In this document: positions 7,567 through 16,712 of the stretch, in pieces
Layout: every line of letters starts with the position of its first letter
Position numbering within the stretch: the stretch's first letter is position 1
Position numbers and translations under genes: made by a program
Assembly: GCA_965223545.1 (NCBI GenBank)
Contig: OZ245006.1
Span: 7,536,505 to 7,600,504, forward strand
DNA: 64,000 bases
Reading direction: 5' to 3'
From: Planctomycetota bacterium
Lineage (GTDB): Bacteria; Planctomycetota; UBA1135; UBA2386
The notes under the pieces: model-generated
Told to the model about the DNA's origin: nothing
What the model saw: only the letters and a program-made list of their open reading frames with translations
The model's database searches: none

Positions 7567-10500
7567 ATGTCGTCCTCCCCCGACCGTGTCGTCGTCGTCG
7601 GCGCGCGCGAGCACAATCTGCAGAACGTCGACGTCAGCTTTCCGCGCGACGCGCTGACCACGTTCACCGGCGTGTCCGGCTCGGGCAAGTCGAGCCTGGC
7701 CTACCACACGGTCTACCAGGAGGGGCAGCGGCGGTTCTTGGAAAGCCTGTCCAGCTATGCGCGCCAGTTCCTCGGCCGCATGGAGAAGCCAAAGGTCGAC
7801 CGCGTCGAGGGGCTGTCGCCGACCGTGTCGATCGACCAGAAGCAGGGCAGCCACAGTCCGCGGTCGACGGTCGGCACGCTGACCGAGGTGCTCGACTACT
7901 TGCGGCTCTTGTTCGCCCGGTTGGGCACGCCGCGCTGTCCGGTCTGCGATGCCGAGATCGAGGCCTGGTCGGTGGATCGGATCACCGAGACCGTGCTGCA
8001 GCGTTTCGCAGGGCAGCCCCTGCTCGTCTTGGCGCCGGTCGTGCGCGAGCGCAAGGGCGAGTATCGCAAGGAGCTGGCCGAGTTCCGCGCCCGTGGCTTC
8101 GTCCGTGCCCGCATCGACGGGCAGGTGCGGCGCCTCGACGAGGACATCGCGCTGCACCGCTACAAGTACCACACCATCGAGCTCGTGGTGGATCGCCTGC
8201 GCGTCGACGCCGCGCACAGCTCACGCCTGGCCGAGGCGGTCGAGCAGGCGCTGGGGTTGACCGGTGGGCTGCTGGCGGTGCTCTGCGAAGACGACTACCA
8301 GCTGTTCTCGACCCAGCGGGCGTGCCCGGACGGACACGGCGCCCTGCCGGAGCTCGAGCCGCGGCTGTTCTCGTTCAACAGCCCGATCGGCGCGTGCGCC
8401 CACTGCGACGGCATGGGCGAGGTGCACAGCTTCGCGGAGAGCTTGCTGGTGCCGGACCCCGACCTGTCGCCGCGCGAAGGCGGGCTGCTGTGCATCACCG
8501 GCGAGGGGCGATTGGCGTACAGCCAGCTCACGCTGGATCACCTCGACACGGTGGCCGCCGAGTACGGCTTCGACATGGACACGCCCTGGCGCGCGCTCAG
8601 CGCGGCGCAAAAGCGGGTGATGCTGCACGGCACCGGCAAGAAGAAGTTCGAGTTCGTCTGGCGCCGGCAAGGGCGCGGCTACTCGGCGCGCGGCAAGGAT
8701 CGCAAGGCGTTTCCGGGGGTGATCGCGCACCTGGAGAAGGTCTACCGCGGCGCGACGGCGCGTCACCTCGACCGGTTTCGGGCCTCGACCGCGTGCCCCG
8801 AGTGCGACGGCCGCCGGCTCAACGACGCCGCCTGCGCGGTGCGGTTCGACGGGCACAGCTTGCCGGAGGTCTCCGCGTGGTCGGTGGCCGAGGCGCGCGC
8901 GTTCTTCGACGACCTGGAGCTGACCGGCAACGCCCTGGCGATCGGTCGCGAGGTGGTGCGGGCGATCCAGCAGCGGCTGCAGTTCCTCGACGAGGTCGGC
9001 CTCAGCTACCTGACCCTGGATCGGCGCGCCGACACGCTGTCCGGTGGCGAGTCGCAGCGCATTCGGTTGGCGGCGCAGGTGGGCTCCGGTTTGCGGGGAG
9101 TGTTGTACGTGCTGGACGAGCCCAGCATCGGTCTGCACGCCCGCGACCATGAGCGGCTGCTGGGTACGCTGGCCGCACTGCGCGACCGCGGCAACACCGT
9201 CTGCGTCGTCGAGCACGATGAGGCGACGATGCGCGCCAGCGATCACGTCGTCGACGTCGGTCCCGACGCCGGCCGCGGCGGCGGGCGGATCGTAGTGTCG
9301 GGCACCGCGGCCGACGTCGCCGCCGCGCCGGCGTCGCTCACCGGCGCGTATCTGCGCGGCGAGCGTCGCATCGAGCTGCCGGCGGCGCGCCGGACCGACG
9401 ACTGCGGCGCGCTCGTGGTGCGCAATGCGCGCCACCACAACCTGCGCGGCATCGACGTCGAGCTGCCGCTGGCGCGCTTGGTGGCGGTCACCGGAGTCTC
9501 CGGCTCGGGCAAGTCGACCTTGGTCAACCATATCCTGAAGCGGGCGTTGCGGCGCGCGCTGCACGGCGCACTGGACGTGCCCGGCGCGCACGACCGCATC
9601 GAGGGCGTCGAGCAGATCGACAAGCTGGTGGAGATCGATCAGGCGCCGATCGGCCGCACGCCGCGCAGCAATCCCGCGACCTACACCAAGACGTGGGACC
9701 ACGTCCGCGATCTCTTCGCGGCGTTGCCCGAGTCGCGCGTGCGCGAGTACAAGAAGGGGCGCTTCTCGTTCAACGTCCGCGGCGGCCGCTGCGAGAGCTG
9801 CGAGGGCGCCGGCATCACCCTGCTCGAGATGCAGCTGTTGGCGCCGGTCGAGGTCGTCTGCGAGGACTGCGGCGGGCAGCGCTTCAATCCGGAGACCCTG
9901 GAGATCGAGCTCAAGGGCCACAACGTGCACGACCTGCTCGAGCTCAGCGTCGACGAAGCGCTCGCCTTGCTCGGCGCGTTCCCCAAGATCGCGCGACCCC
10001 TGCAGGCGCTGCACGACGTCGGTCTCGGCTACGTCAAGCTGGGCCAGCCCTCGACCACCTTGTCCGGCGGCGAGGCACAGCGCATCAAGTTGGCGACCCA
10101 GCTGCAGCGGCCACCCACTGGCCGCACGCTGTACTTGTTGGACGAGCCGACCACCGGCCTGCACTTCGAGGACATCCGCCGGCTGATGCAGGCGTTGCAG
10201 CGGCTCGTCGACGCGGGCAACACCGTGGTCGTCATCGAACACAACCTCGACGTGGTTGCCTGCGCCGACTGGATCATCGACCTCGGGCCGGACGGCGGCT
10301 CGGGCGGCGGCGAGATCGTGGGCACCGGCACGCCGGAGGAAGTGGCGGCGTGCGCGGGCTCGCACACCGGCCGTGCGCTGAAGGCCGCACTCGCTCCGCG
10401 CAAGGCGCCGGCGCGGCGGCGGGCCGCGCGGCGCCGCGCGAGCCAGCGGCCGACGCACCTCGAGGTGGTCGGCGCGCGGCAGAACAACCTGCAGTCGGTC

Positions 10501-13356
10501 GATGCGCGGTTGCCGCTGGATCGGCTGACGGTGGTGACCGGGGTGTCGGGGTCGGGAAAGTCGAGCTTGGCGTTCGACACCCTGTTCAGCGAAGGCCAGC
10601 GCCGGTTCGTCGAGAGCTTGTCGACCTATGCCCGGCGATTCCTCGGTCGCATGGACCGCGCCCCCGTCGATCGGCTTGAGGGCATCGGACCGGCGATCGC
10701 CATCGACCAGCGCGCCAGCCACCGCAGCCCGAGGTCGACGGTCGCCACCGCGACCGAGGTGCACGACTACCTGCGGCTGATGTACGCGCGCATCGGCCGG
10801 CCCCACTGTCCGGAGCACGGTCAAGAGCTGGTGCTGCACTCGCCGAGCAGCATCGCCCGCCAGCTGCGAGCCGAGTTCGAGGATGAGCGCGGCTACATCC
10901 TGGCGCCGGTGCGGATGCCAGAGGGCGTCCGCGGTGGTACCGAGGAGGGCCGCCGCGCGTTCCTCGATGCGCTGGTCGCGGGTTGGCGCGAGCAGGGGTT
11001 CGTGCGCGCCTGGGTCGACGGCGGCGAGCACCGGCTGGAGAAGCCGCTGCCGGCGTCCGCTGCCGCCGAGGCTGCGGTCGCGTTGGTCGTCGACCGGCTG
11101 CGGTTCGCCGATCGCGGCCGCGTCGTCGACAGCGTCGCGCAGGCCGGCGTGATGAGTGGCGGCCTGGTGATCGCGCGCACCACCGACGGCGCCGAACGCG
11201 TGTTCTCCACCGACCGTTCTTGCCCGCACTGTGGCGTGTCGGTGCCCGCGCAACCGCACCCGCGCTACTTCTCGTTCAACCACCACAGCGGAGCGTGCAA
11301 GGCCTGCGGTGGGCTCGGGCAGTCGGTGGCGTGCGATCCCGACCTCCTCGTCAACCTGCCGGAGCGGCCGCTGTTCGGCGGCGCGATCAAGCACCGCGGC
11401 GCTGCCTTCACGTTCTTGTCCAAGCGCAACGGCTGGTACCACAAGGTGGCCAAGCAGGTCGCGCAGCACTTGGGCTTCGACCTCACGGTGGCGTACGAGG
11501 AGTTGGCGCCAGAGCACCAGCGCGTGCTGATGTGGGGGCTCGAGGAGCCGCGCTTCGAGGTCACGTTTCGGCGCCAGCGGGCGAGCGGCAGTCGGAGCTA
11601 CAAGGTCGCCGCCAAGTGGAAGGGGCTGTGCTCTCAGGTCGAGCAGTGGTTTCACGGTCACGATCAGAGCCAGGCGCCGGAGCGGCTGTCGGCGGTGATG
11701 CGGGTCGGGTCGTGCCCGGCGTGCGAGGGCGACCGGCTGCAGCTGGCGCAGCGCCACGTGACCATCGGCAAGCGGCCGCTGCCGGCGGTCTGTCGGATGA
11801 CCGTCGACGACGCCCTCGCCCATCTGCGCCGGTTGCGCCTGCGCAAGGCGGAGCGGACCGTCGCCCAGGACATCCTCGCCGAGATCGACAACCGGTTGGG
11901 GTTCCTGTCCGCGGTGGGGCTCGGCTACCTGACCTTGGATCGCTCGGCGGCGACGCTGTCGGGCGGCGAAGCGCAGCGAATCCGGTTGGCGAGTCAGCTC
12001 GGCAACCAGCTGGTCGGCGTGCTGTACGTGCTCGACGAGCCGACTGTCGGGCTGCACCCGCGCGACACCGAGCAGCTGTTGCAGACGCTGCACTCGCTGC
12101 GCGATCTGGGCAACACCGTGGTCGCGGTCGAGCACGACGAGCAGGTGATCCGCAGCGCGGATCACGTGCTCGACGTCGGCCCCGGCGCAGGCCATCGCGG
12201 CGGTCGGCTCGTCGCCAGCGGCAGCCCCGAAGAGGTGGCGGCGGCCGACTCGCTCACCGGTCGCTACCTGCGCGGCGAGCTCGGCATCCCCGTGCCCGCC
12301 GCGCGCAGCACGCCCCGCGCGCACATCGCGGTGCGCGATGCGCGCTGCCACAACCTGCGCGGCGTCGACGTCGACGTTCCGCTCGGCGTTCTCGCCGCGG
12401 TCACCGGGGTGTCCGGCTCGGGCAAGTCGAGCCTGGTGATGGACGTGCTGCTGCCGCAGTTGCGGCAGCCCAAGCTGCGCGTCGACGGCATCGGCGATGC
12501 TTCGGTCGTGGTCGTCGACCAATCGCCGATCGGCACCACGCCGTCGAGCAACCCGGCGACCTACGCCGGGGTCATGACCCCGATCCGCGAGCTCTTCGCG
12601 GCGTTGCCGGAGTCACGGGTCAAGGGCTTTCGCGCCGGCCGCTTCTCCTTCAACGTCGCCGAGGGGCGCTGCCCGACCTGCGAGGGCAAGGGCCAGCTCC
12701 GCGTCGAGATGCACTTCTTGGCGGACGTCTGGGTCACCTGCGAGCTCTGTCGCGGCCGGCGCTACAACCAGGAGACCCTCACCGTGCACTACCGCGGCCG
12801 GACGATCGCGGACGTGCTGGAGATGGAGGTCGAGCAGGCGCTGCCGTTCTTCGCCAACTTGCCCAAGATCCGCGCACCGTTGCAGGCGCTCGCCGACGTC
12901 GGGCTGGGCTACCTGAAGCTGGGACAGCCGGCCAACACCCTGTCGGGGGGCGAGGCCCAGCGCATCAAGCTGGTGTCGCGGCTGTGCAAGGCGTCGCGCG
13001 GTCACGTGATCCACCTCCTCGACGAGCCGACGACCGGGCTGCACCTGGAAGATGTGCGCAAGCTGGTCGATGTACTGGCTCGGCTGGTGCGGGCCGGCGA
13101 CAGCGTGGTGGTCATCGAGCACCACCTCGACGTGATCAAGTGCGCCGATTGGGTGCTCGAGCTGGGTCCCGAAGCGGGCGATGGCGGCGGCCGCATCGTG
13201 GTCGCCGGCACTCCCGAGGAGGTCGCGGCGTGTCGCGACAGCCACACTGGGCGGTTCTTGGCGCCGCTGCTCGCGCCGGCTCGTGCGCCCCGGACAAAGC
13301 GCCCGCGGCGCACATCCGCCGGCGTTTCGCGCCGCAATCGGGAGCAGGCGCAGTGA
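7567..13356 (+). CDS. uvrA: Tandem-duplicated UvrA-like excinuclease ABC subunit A (two complete UvrA modules in one polypeptide)
   Basis: 1929 aa with 4x Walker A (GVSGSGKS[ST]), 4x ABC signature (LSGGE[SA]QRI[RK]L) and 4x Walker B (DEP[ST]xGLH). Each half has Zn-module cysteine pairs. Module 2 restarts at about nt 10450 (PTHLEVVGARQNNLQ) after an Arg/Ala-rich linker. Confidence 0.9.
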   Translation: MSSSPDRVVVVGAREHNLQNVDVSFPRDALTTFTGVSGSGKSSLAYHTVYQEGQRRFLESLSSYARQFLGRMEKPKVDRVEGLSPTVSIDQKQGSHSPRSTVGTLTEVLDYLRLLFARLGTPRCPVCDAEIEAWSVDRITETVLQRFAGQPLLVLAPVVRERKGEYRKELAEFRARGFVRARIDGQVRRLDEDIALHRYKYHTIELVVDRLRVDAAHSSRLAEAVEQALGLTGGLLAVLCEDDYQLFSTQRACPDGHGALPELEPRLFSFNSPIGACAHCDGMGEVHSFAESLLVPDPDLSPREGGLLCITGEGRLAYSQLTLDHLDTVAAEYGFDMDTPWRALSAAQKRVMLHGTGKKKFEFVWRRQGRGYSARGKDRKAFPGVIAHLEKVYRGATARHLDRFRASTACPECDGRRLNDAACAVRFDGHSLPEVSAWSVAEARAFFDDLELTGNALAIGREVVRAIQQRLQFLDEVGLSYLTLDRRADTLSGGESQRIRLAAQVGSGLRGVLYVLDEPSIGLHARDHERLLGTLAALRDRGNTVCVVEHDEATMRASDHVVDVGPDAGRGGGRIVVSGTAADVAAAPASLTGAYLRGERRIELPAARRTDDCGALVVRNARHHNLRGIDVELPLARLVAVTGVSGSGKSTLVNHILKRALRRALHGALDVPGAHDRIEGVEQIDKLVEIDQAPIGRTPRSNPATYTKTWDHVRDLFAALPESRVREYKKGRFSFNVRGGRCESCEGAGITLLEMQLLAPVEVVCEDCGGQRFNPETLEIELKGHNVHDLLELSVDEALALLGAFPKIARPLQALHDVGLGYVKLGQPSTTLSGGEAQRIKLATQLQRPPTGRTLYLLDEPTTGLHFEDIRRLMQALQRLVDAGNTVVVIEHNLDVVACADWIIDLGPDGGSGGGEIVGTGTPEEVAACAGSHTGRALKAALAPRKAPARRRAARRRASQRPTHLEVVGARQNNLQSVDARLPLDRLTVVTGVSGSGKSSLAFDTLFSEGQRRFVESLSTYARRFLGRMDRAPVDRLEGIGPAIAIDQRASHRSPRSTVATATEVHDYLRLMYARIGRPHCPEHGQELVLHSPSSIARQLRAEFEDERGYILAPVRMPEGVRGGTEEGRRAFLDALVAGWREQGFVRAWVDGGEHRLEKPLPASAAAEAAVALVVDRLRFADRGRVVDSVAQAGVMSGGLVIARTTDGAERVFSTDRSCPHCGVSVPAQPHPRYFSFNHHSGACKACGGLGQSVACDPDLLVNLPERPLFGGAIKHRGAAFTFLSKRNGWYHKVAKQVAQHLGFDLTVAYEELAPEHQRVLMWGLEEPRFEVTFRRQRASGSRSYKVAAKWKGLCSQVEQWFHGHDQSQAPERLSAVMRVGSCPACEGDRLQLAQRHVTIGKRPLPAVCRMTVDDALAHLRRLRLRKAERTVAQDILAEIDNRLGFLSAVGLGYLTLDRSAATLSGGEAQRIRLASQLGNQLVGVLYVLDEPTVGLHPRDTEQLLQTLHSLRDLGNTVVAVEHDEQVIRSADHVLDVGPGAGHRGGRLVASGSPEEVAAADSLTGRYLRGELGIPVPAARSTPRAHIAVRDARCHNLRGVDVDVPLGVLAAVTGVSGSGKSSLVMDVLLPQLRQPKLRVDGIGDASVVVVDQSPIGTTPSSNPATYAGVMTPIRELFAALPESRVKGFRAGRFSFNVAEGRCPTCEGKGQLRVEMHFLADVWVTCELCRGRRYNQETLTVHYRGRTIADVLEMEVEQALPFFANLPKIRAPLQALADVGLGYLKLGQPANTLSGGEAQRIKLVSRLCKASRGHVIHLLDEPTTGLHLEDVRKLVDVLARLVRAGDSVVVIEHHLDVIKCADWVLELGPEAGDGGGRIVVAGTPEEVAACRDSHTGRFLAPLLAPARAPRTKRPRRTSAGVSRRNREQAQ

Positions 13357-13991
13357 CGCGGCAGCGGGTGCCGCGCGGCGTGTTGTGGATCAGCGACGGC
13401 CGTGGCGACGTGGAGCGGTTGGTGGCGATCGCCGAGGCGGCGTTGGCCGGGGGGGTGTGCGGCGTGCAGCTGCGCGAGCCCGGGCTCGATGCGCGCGCGC
13501 TCGGCGCTGCCGCCGCGCGCATCCGGCCGCACTGCGACGCGGCCGGTGCCCTGCTCTGGATCAACGACCGCGCCGACGTCGCCGCCGCCACCGCGCACGG
13601 GGTTCATCTCGGCCACCGCTCGCTGTCGGCCGCAGCCGTGCGCCGCTGGGCGCCGGCCGACCTGTTGCTGAGCGTGGCGGTGCACGATGCCGAGGCGGCG
13701 GCGGGCGCAGGGGCGGACCGGGCGGACTGCGCGACCCTGGCGCCGGTGTTCGACACGACGTGCAAGCCGGGCGCGCGCCCACTGGGCGTGGCGGCGGCGG
13801 CGGCGATCGCGGCAGACGTCGCGCTCCCGATCTACTGGCTCGGCGGCATCGATGCCGCCCGCGCGGCGCAGCTGCGGGCGGTGCAGCCGTTCGGGCTGGC
13901 GGTGCGCAGCGCGATCGCCGCGGCCGCCGATCCTCGCGCGGCGGCCCGTGCCCTGGTCGCGGGGTTTCGTGGTGAGGAGGCCGCGCGGTGA
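13353..13991 (+). CDS. thiE: Thiamine-phosphate synthase family protein (ThiE/TenI-like)
   Basis: GTG start overlaps the uvrA-like stop (GTGA 13353-13356). Motifs are GVQLREPGL, LWINDRADVA, HGVHLG, LAPVFDTTCKPGARPLG and YWLGGI. Confidence 0.7.
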   Translation: MTRQRVPRGVLWISDGRGDVERLVAIAEAALAGGVCGVQLREPGLDARALGAAAARIRPHCDAAGALLWINDRADVAAATAHGVHLGHRSLSAAAVRRWAPADLLLSVAVHDAEAAAGAGADRADCATLAPVFDTTCKPGARPLGVAAAAAIAADVALPIYWLGGIDAARAAQLRAVQPFGLAVRSAIAAAADPRAAARALVAGFRGEEAAR

Positions 13992-14359
13992 ACACGTTGC
14001 GGGCGACGCGGGTGGCCATGCGGCTGGGGCTGCCGTTGTTCGTCGCCTCGGTCGCGTTGTTGTGGTGGTTCTTCGGTCTGCTGCGGGTACCGGACGGCAT
14101 GGACTCGATGCTGGACACCCACCCGCCGGGGACGACTTGCATCATCTGGAAGACGCCGCGTTCGGTCCCGGTCGGCGCGGTGGTGTTCTGCGATGTGGAG
14201 GGCGGCAGCTGGCTGGCCCGGGTCACGGCGGTGGCCGAGGACGGTGGCCTCGCCTTGCGCTGCGACAACCGAGCTTCCCGCTTTGTCGCCTTGGAACGGG
14301 CGTCGAGCTATCCCGCCGCAGCGGTGCGCGGCATGGTGCTGACCCAGTTTCCGCCGTAG
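13988..14359 (+). CDS. Small membrane protein, hypothetical (weak S24/S26 peptidase-like motif)
   Basis: 123 aa. GTGA overlap with thiE-like. One TM helix (LGLPLFVASVALLWWFFGLL), then VPDGMDSMLDT..GTTCIIWK, loosely reminiscent of the signal-peptidase fold. G/C-rich third positions. Confidence 0.5.
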   Translation: MNTLRATRVAMRLGLPLFVASVALLWWFFGLLRVPDGMDSMLDTHPPGTTCIIWKTPRSVPVGAVVFCDVEGGSWLARVTAVAEDGGLALRCDNRASRFVALERASSYPAAAVRGMVLTQFPP

Positions 14360-14422
14360 TCGGACGCCCTGAGGGTTGCGTCGGGCACGCTGCCGCCCGA
14401 GAGTCCCGCTGCCGAGATTCTG

Positions 14423-15355
14423 ATGGCAGGCAAGACCGAACGCGAATGGACCGCGTGGTTGGCGGAGCTGTTTCCGCGGCCGCGCTCGGTGCTGGTCGGC
14501 ATCGGCGACGACGCTGCGGTGGTCGCCGAGCGGCGCGGTGCCTCGGTGATCACCACCGATCCGGTGATCGAGGGCGTGCACTTCGACGCCGGTACGCCGC
14601 CGAGCGCGGTGGCGGCCAAGGCCGTCAACCGCAACTTGGCGGACTTGGCGGCGATGGGCGCGCGCCCGCACCATCTGGTGGCCTCCGTGTTGCTGCCGCG
14701 GCGCATGCCCGCGGCGCGCGTGCGGGCGCTGTTCATCGGGCTGCGCAACGCCGCGGTGCGCGCCGACTGCGCGGTGGTGGGGGGAGACGTCGGCGCCACT
14801 CCCGGGCCGCTGACCCTGGCGATCACCGCGGTCGGGCACCTCGGCGGGGCTGCGCTGCGGCGCAGCAACGCGCGCGCCGGCGACGCCCTGCACGTCACCG
14901 GTGACCTGGGCGGTGCCGCGCTCGGACACCACCTGCGCTTCACCCCGCCGGTCAGCGAGGGAGTGTGGTTGGCCGAGCGCACCGACGTCCGCGCCGCGAT
15001 CGACGTCAGCGACGGTTTGCTGCTGGACTTGGCGACCCTGCTGGCCGCGTCCGGCGGCCTCGGTGCCGAGCTCGACCGCGAGGCCGTGCCCATCTCGGCC
15101 GCGGCGCGCCGCCGCTCGAGGCGCAGCGGGCGGACGCCGCTCGAGCACGCGATGAAGGACGGCGAGGATCACGTGCTGTTGTTCGCGGTGCCGCGGGGGG
15201 GGCGACTGCCGCGCGGCGGGCCGCTGCGGCCGGCGGCGCGCCAGCCCATCGGTCGGGTCACGCGGGCACCCGGCTTGTGGCTCGTCGATCGAGAGGGGAC
15301 CCGCGTCCGGCTGGCGGCGGCCGGCTACCAGCACGAGGTCGGGGGCGGCCGGTGA
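14423..15355 (+). CDS. thiL: Thiamine-monophosphate kinase
   Basis: 310 aa from the AIR-synthase-related family, with IGDDAAV, TTDPVIEGVHF, NLADLAAMGA, VVGGD and IDVSDGLLLDL. Confidence 0.85.
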   Translation: MAGKTEREWTAWLAELFPRPRSVLVGIGDDAAVVAERRGASVITTDPVIEGVHFDAGTPPSAVAAKAVNRNLADLAAMGARPHHLVASVLLPRRMPAARVRALFIGLRNAAVRADCAVVGGDVGATPGPLTLAITAVGHLGGAALRRSNARAGDALHVTGDLGGAALGHHLRFTPPVSEGVWLAERTDVRAAIDVSDGLLLDLATLLAASGGLGAELDREAVPISAAARRRSRRSGRTPLEHAMKDGEDHVLLFAVPRGGRLPRGGPLRPAARQPIGRVTRAPGLWLVDREGTRVRLAAAGYQHEVGGGR

Positions 15356-15867
15356 CCGAGGTCGAGCGAGCGCTGTTTGCCGCCGATGAGGCGGCGACCC
15401 TCGCTCTCGGCCGTGCGATCGGCGCCCAGCTGCGCCGGGGCCAAGCCCTGGCGCTGAGCGGCGACCTCGGTGCCGGCAAGACCACGCTGGCGCGCGGCGT
15501 CGCGGTCGGGCTGCGGGTGGACGAGCCGGACGAGGTGTGCAGCCCGACGTATCTGCTCGTGGTCGAGCACCCGGGGCCCCTGCCGATGGTCCACATCGAT
15601 GCCTACCTGCCGGCCAAGACCCAGGCGTTCTTGGCCGATGGGGGAGTCGACTACCTGGCCGACCTCGGCGGGGTGGCGGTCGTCGAGTGGGCCGAGCGGG
15701 TCGCCACCCTCCTGCCGAGCGAGACCCTGTGGGTCGAGCTCGAGCGGGCGGAGCGGCGAGGGATCGCCGGCCGGCGCGCGCGTCTGCGGGGCCGATCGCC
15801 GACGTTCTCGTGGCTGAGGCCGGGCGCCCCCCTTGCCATCGCCGGATGCGAGGAGCTAAGTTGTTGA
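15352..15867 (+). CDS. tsaE: tRNA threonylcarbamoyladenosine biosynthesis ATPase TsaE
   Basis: GTGA overlap with thiL. Motifs are LSGDLGAGKTTLARG, SPTYLLVVEH, HIDAYL and VVEWAE. Confidence 0.85.
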   Translation: MTEVERALFAADEAATLALGRAIGAQLRRGQALALSGDLGAGKTTLARGVAVGLRVDEPDEVCSPTYLLVVEHPGPLPMVHIDAYLPAKTQAFLADGGVDYLADLGGVAVVEWAERVATLLPSETLWVELERAERRGIAGRRARLRGRSPTFSWLRPGAPLAIAGCEELSC

Positions 15868-15980
15868 CTGGCAGATGATTGAGAAATCGTCGGCCGCGGC
15901 CGCTCGGAAGGCCGTTGGAGAAACTCCACGGCCGGCGTGAACCGGTGGCCCGCACGTCGCGTTGGCGCACCACAGACTCG

Positions 15981-16712
15981 ATGGGCCAAGAGCAGGAACA
16001 CGACCGCAGCGGGGACGGCGGCGAAACCGGTTCGCCGCGCGTTTCGACCGGCGCCGCGCCAGCGGGGTCGGGCCCGGTCGGCGACCCCGGTGGTACTGCC
16101 GAGGATTGGCTGGCACGGTTCGCCGAGGGCGACGAAGCCGCGTTCCACCGCATCGTCGGCGAGTACCAGGCTCGCCTGGTGCAGTTCTACTATCGCCTCT
16201 GCTGGGATCGCGACGCCGCCGAGGACTTCGCGCAGGACTTGTTCATGAAGCTGCTGCGCGGCGCCCGGCGCTACCGGCCGGAGGGCAAGCTGTCGACCTT
16301 CATCTTCCGCGTCGCCACCAACCTCTGGATCGACCACTACCGGTCCGCGCGGCCGCAGCCGCGGCTCTACTCGCTCGACCAGCCGATGCTGGGCAGTGGG
16401 CGGAGCATGGCGGCGCGCGTGCCGGCGGGCGGGGCCGGCCCGCAGGAGGTGGCGATCGACGGCGAGCAGCGCGCGCAGCTGCGCGCCGCTCTGGAGTCGC
16501 TGACCGAGCCGCACCGGCTCGTGTTCGAGCTCGCGGTCTACCAGGAGCTGCCGTACGCCGAGATCGGCCAGATCTTGGGGATCCCGTTGGGCACGGTGAA
16601 GTCGCGGATGCACAACTCGGTCAAGGCACTGAAGGCCGTGCTCGATCCCGAGCGGCAGGAGGTGGACCGGCCGTCCCCCGGTTCGTTTCGGGCCGCCGGA
16701 GGTTCCGGATGA
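15981..16712 (+). CDS. ECF-type RNA polymerase sigma-70 family factor
   Basis: Region 2 (FHRIVGEYQARLVQFYYRL..DAAEDFAQDLFMKLL, FIFRVATNLWIDHYR) and region 4 (LVFELAVYQELPYAEIGQILGIPLGTVKSRMHNS). ATG 15981 is chosen; the ORF is open from 15879. Confidence 0.85.
   Translation: MGQEQEHDRSGDGGETGSPRVSTGAAPAGSGPVGDPGGTAEDWLARFAEGDEAAFHRIVGEYQARLVQFYYRLCWDRDAAEDFAQDLFMKLLRGARRYRPEGKLSTFIFRVATNLWIDHYRSARPQPRLYSLDQPMLGSGRSMAARVPAGGAGPQEVAIDGEQRAQLRAALESLTEPHRLVFELAVYQELPYAEIGQILGIPLGTVKSRMHNSVKALKAVLDPERQEVDRPSPGSFRAAGGSG

Noticed and set aside
8221-12522. A 1433-aa minus-strand ORF and many other very long ORFs (e.g. 13832..16153 -, 49591..52557 -, 58442..60475 -, 59323..61623 -, 10983..13991 +)
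   Set aside because: They are antisense or out of frame to genes with unmistakable motifs (UvrA, ThiL, AlaS, Ddl). Their translations are Arg/Ala/Pro/Gly-rich with no motifs. Long open frames without stops are expected in DNA this G+C-rich.
14360-14422. TPP riboswitch upstream of thiL or thiE-like
   Set aside because: The gap is only 63 nt and lacks the conserved THI-box core, and thiE-like has no leader at all (GTGA overlap).
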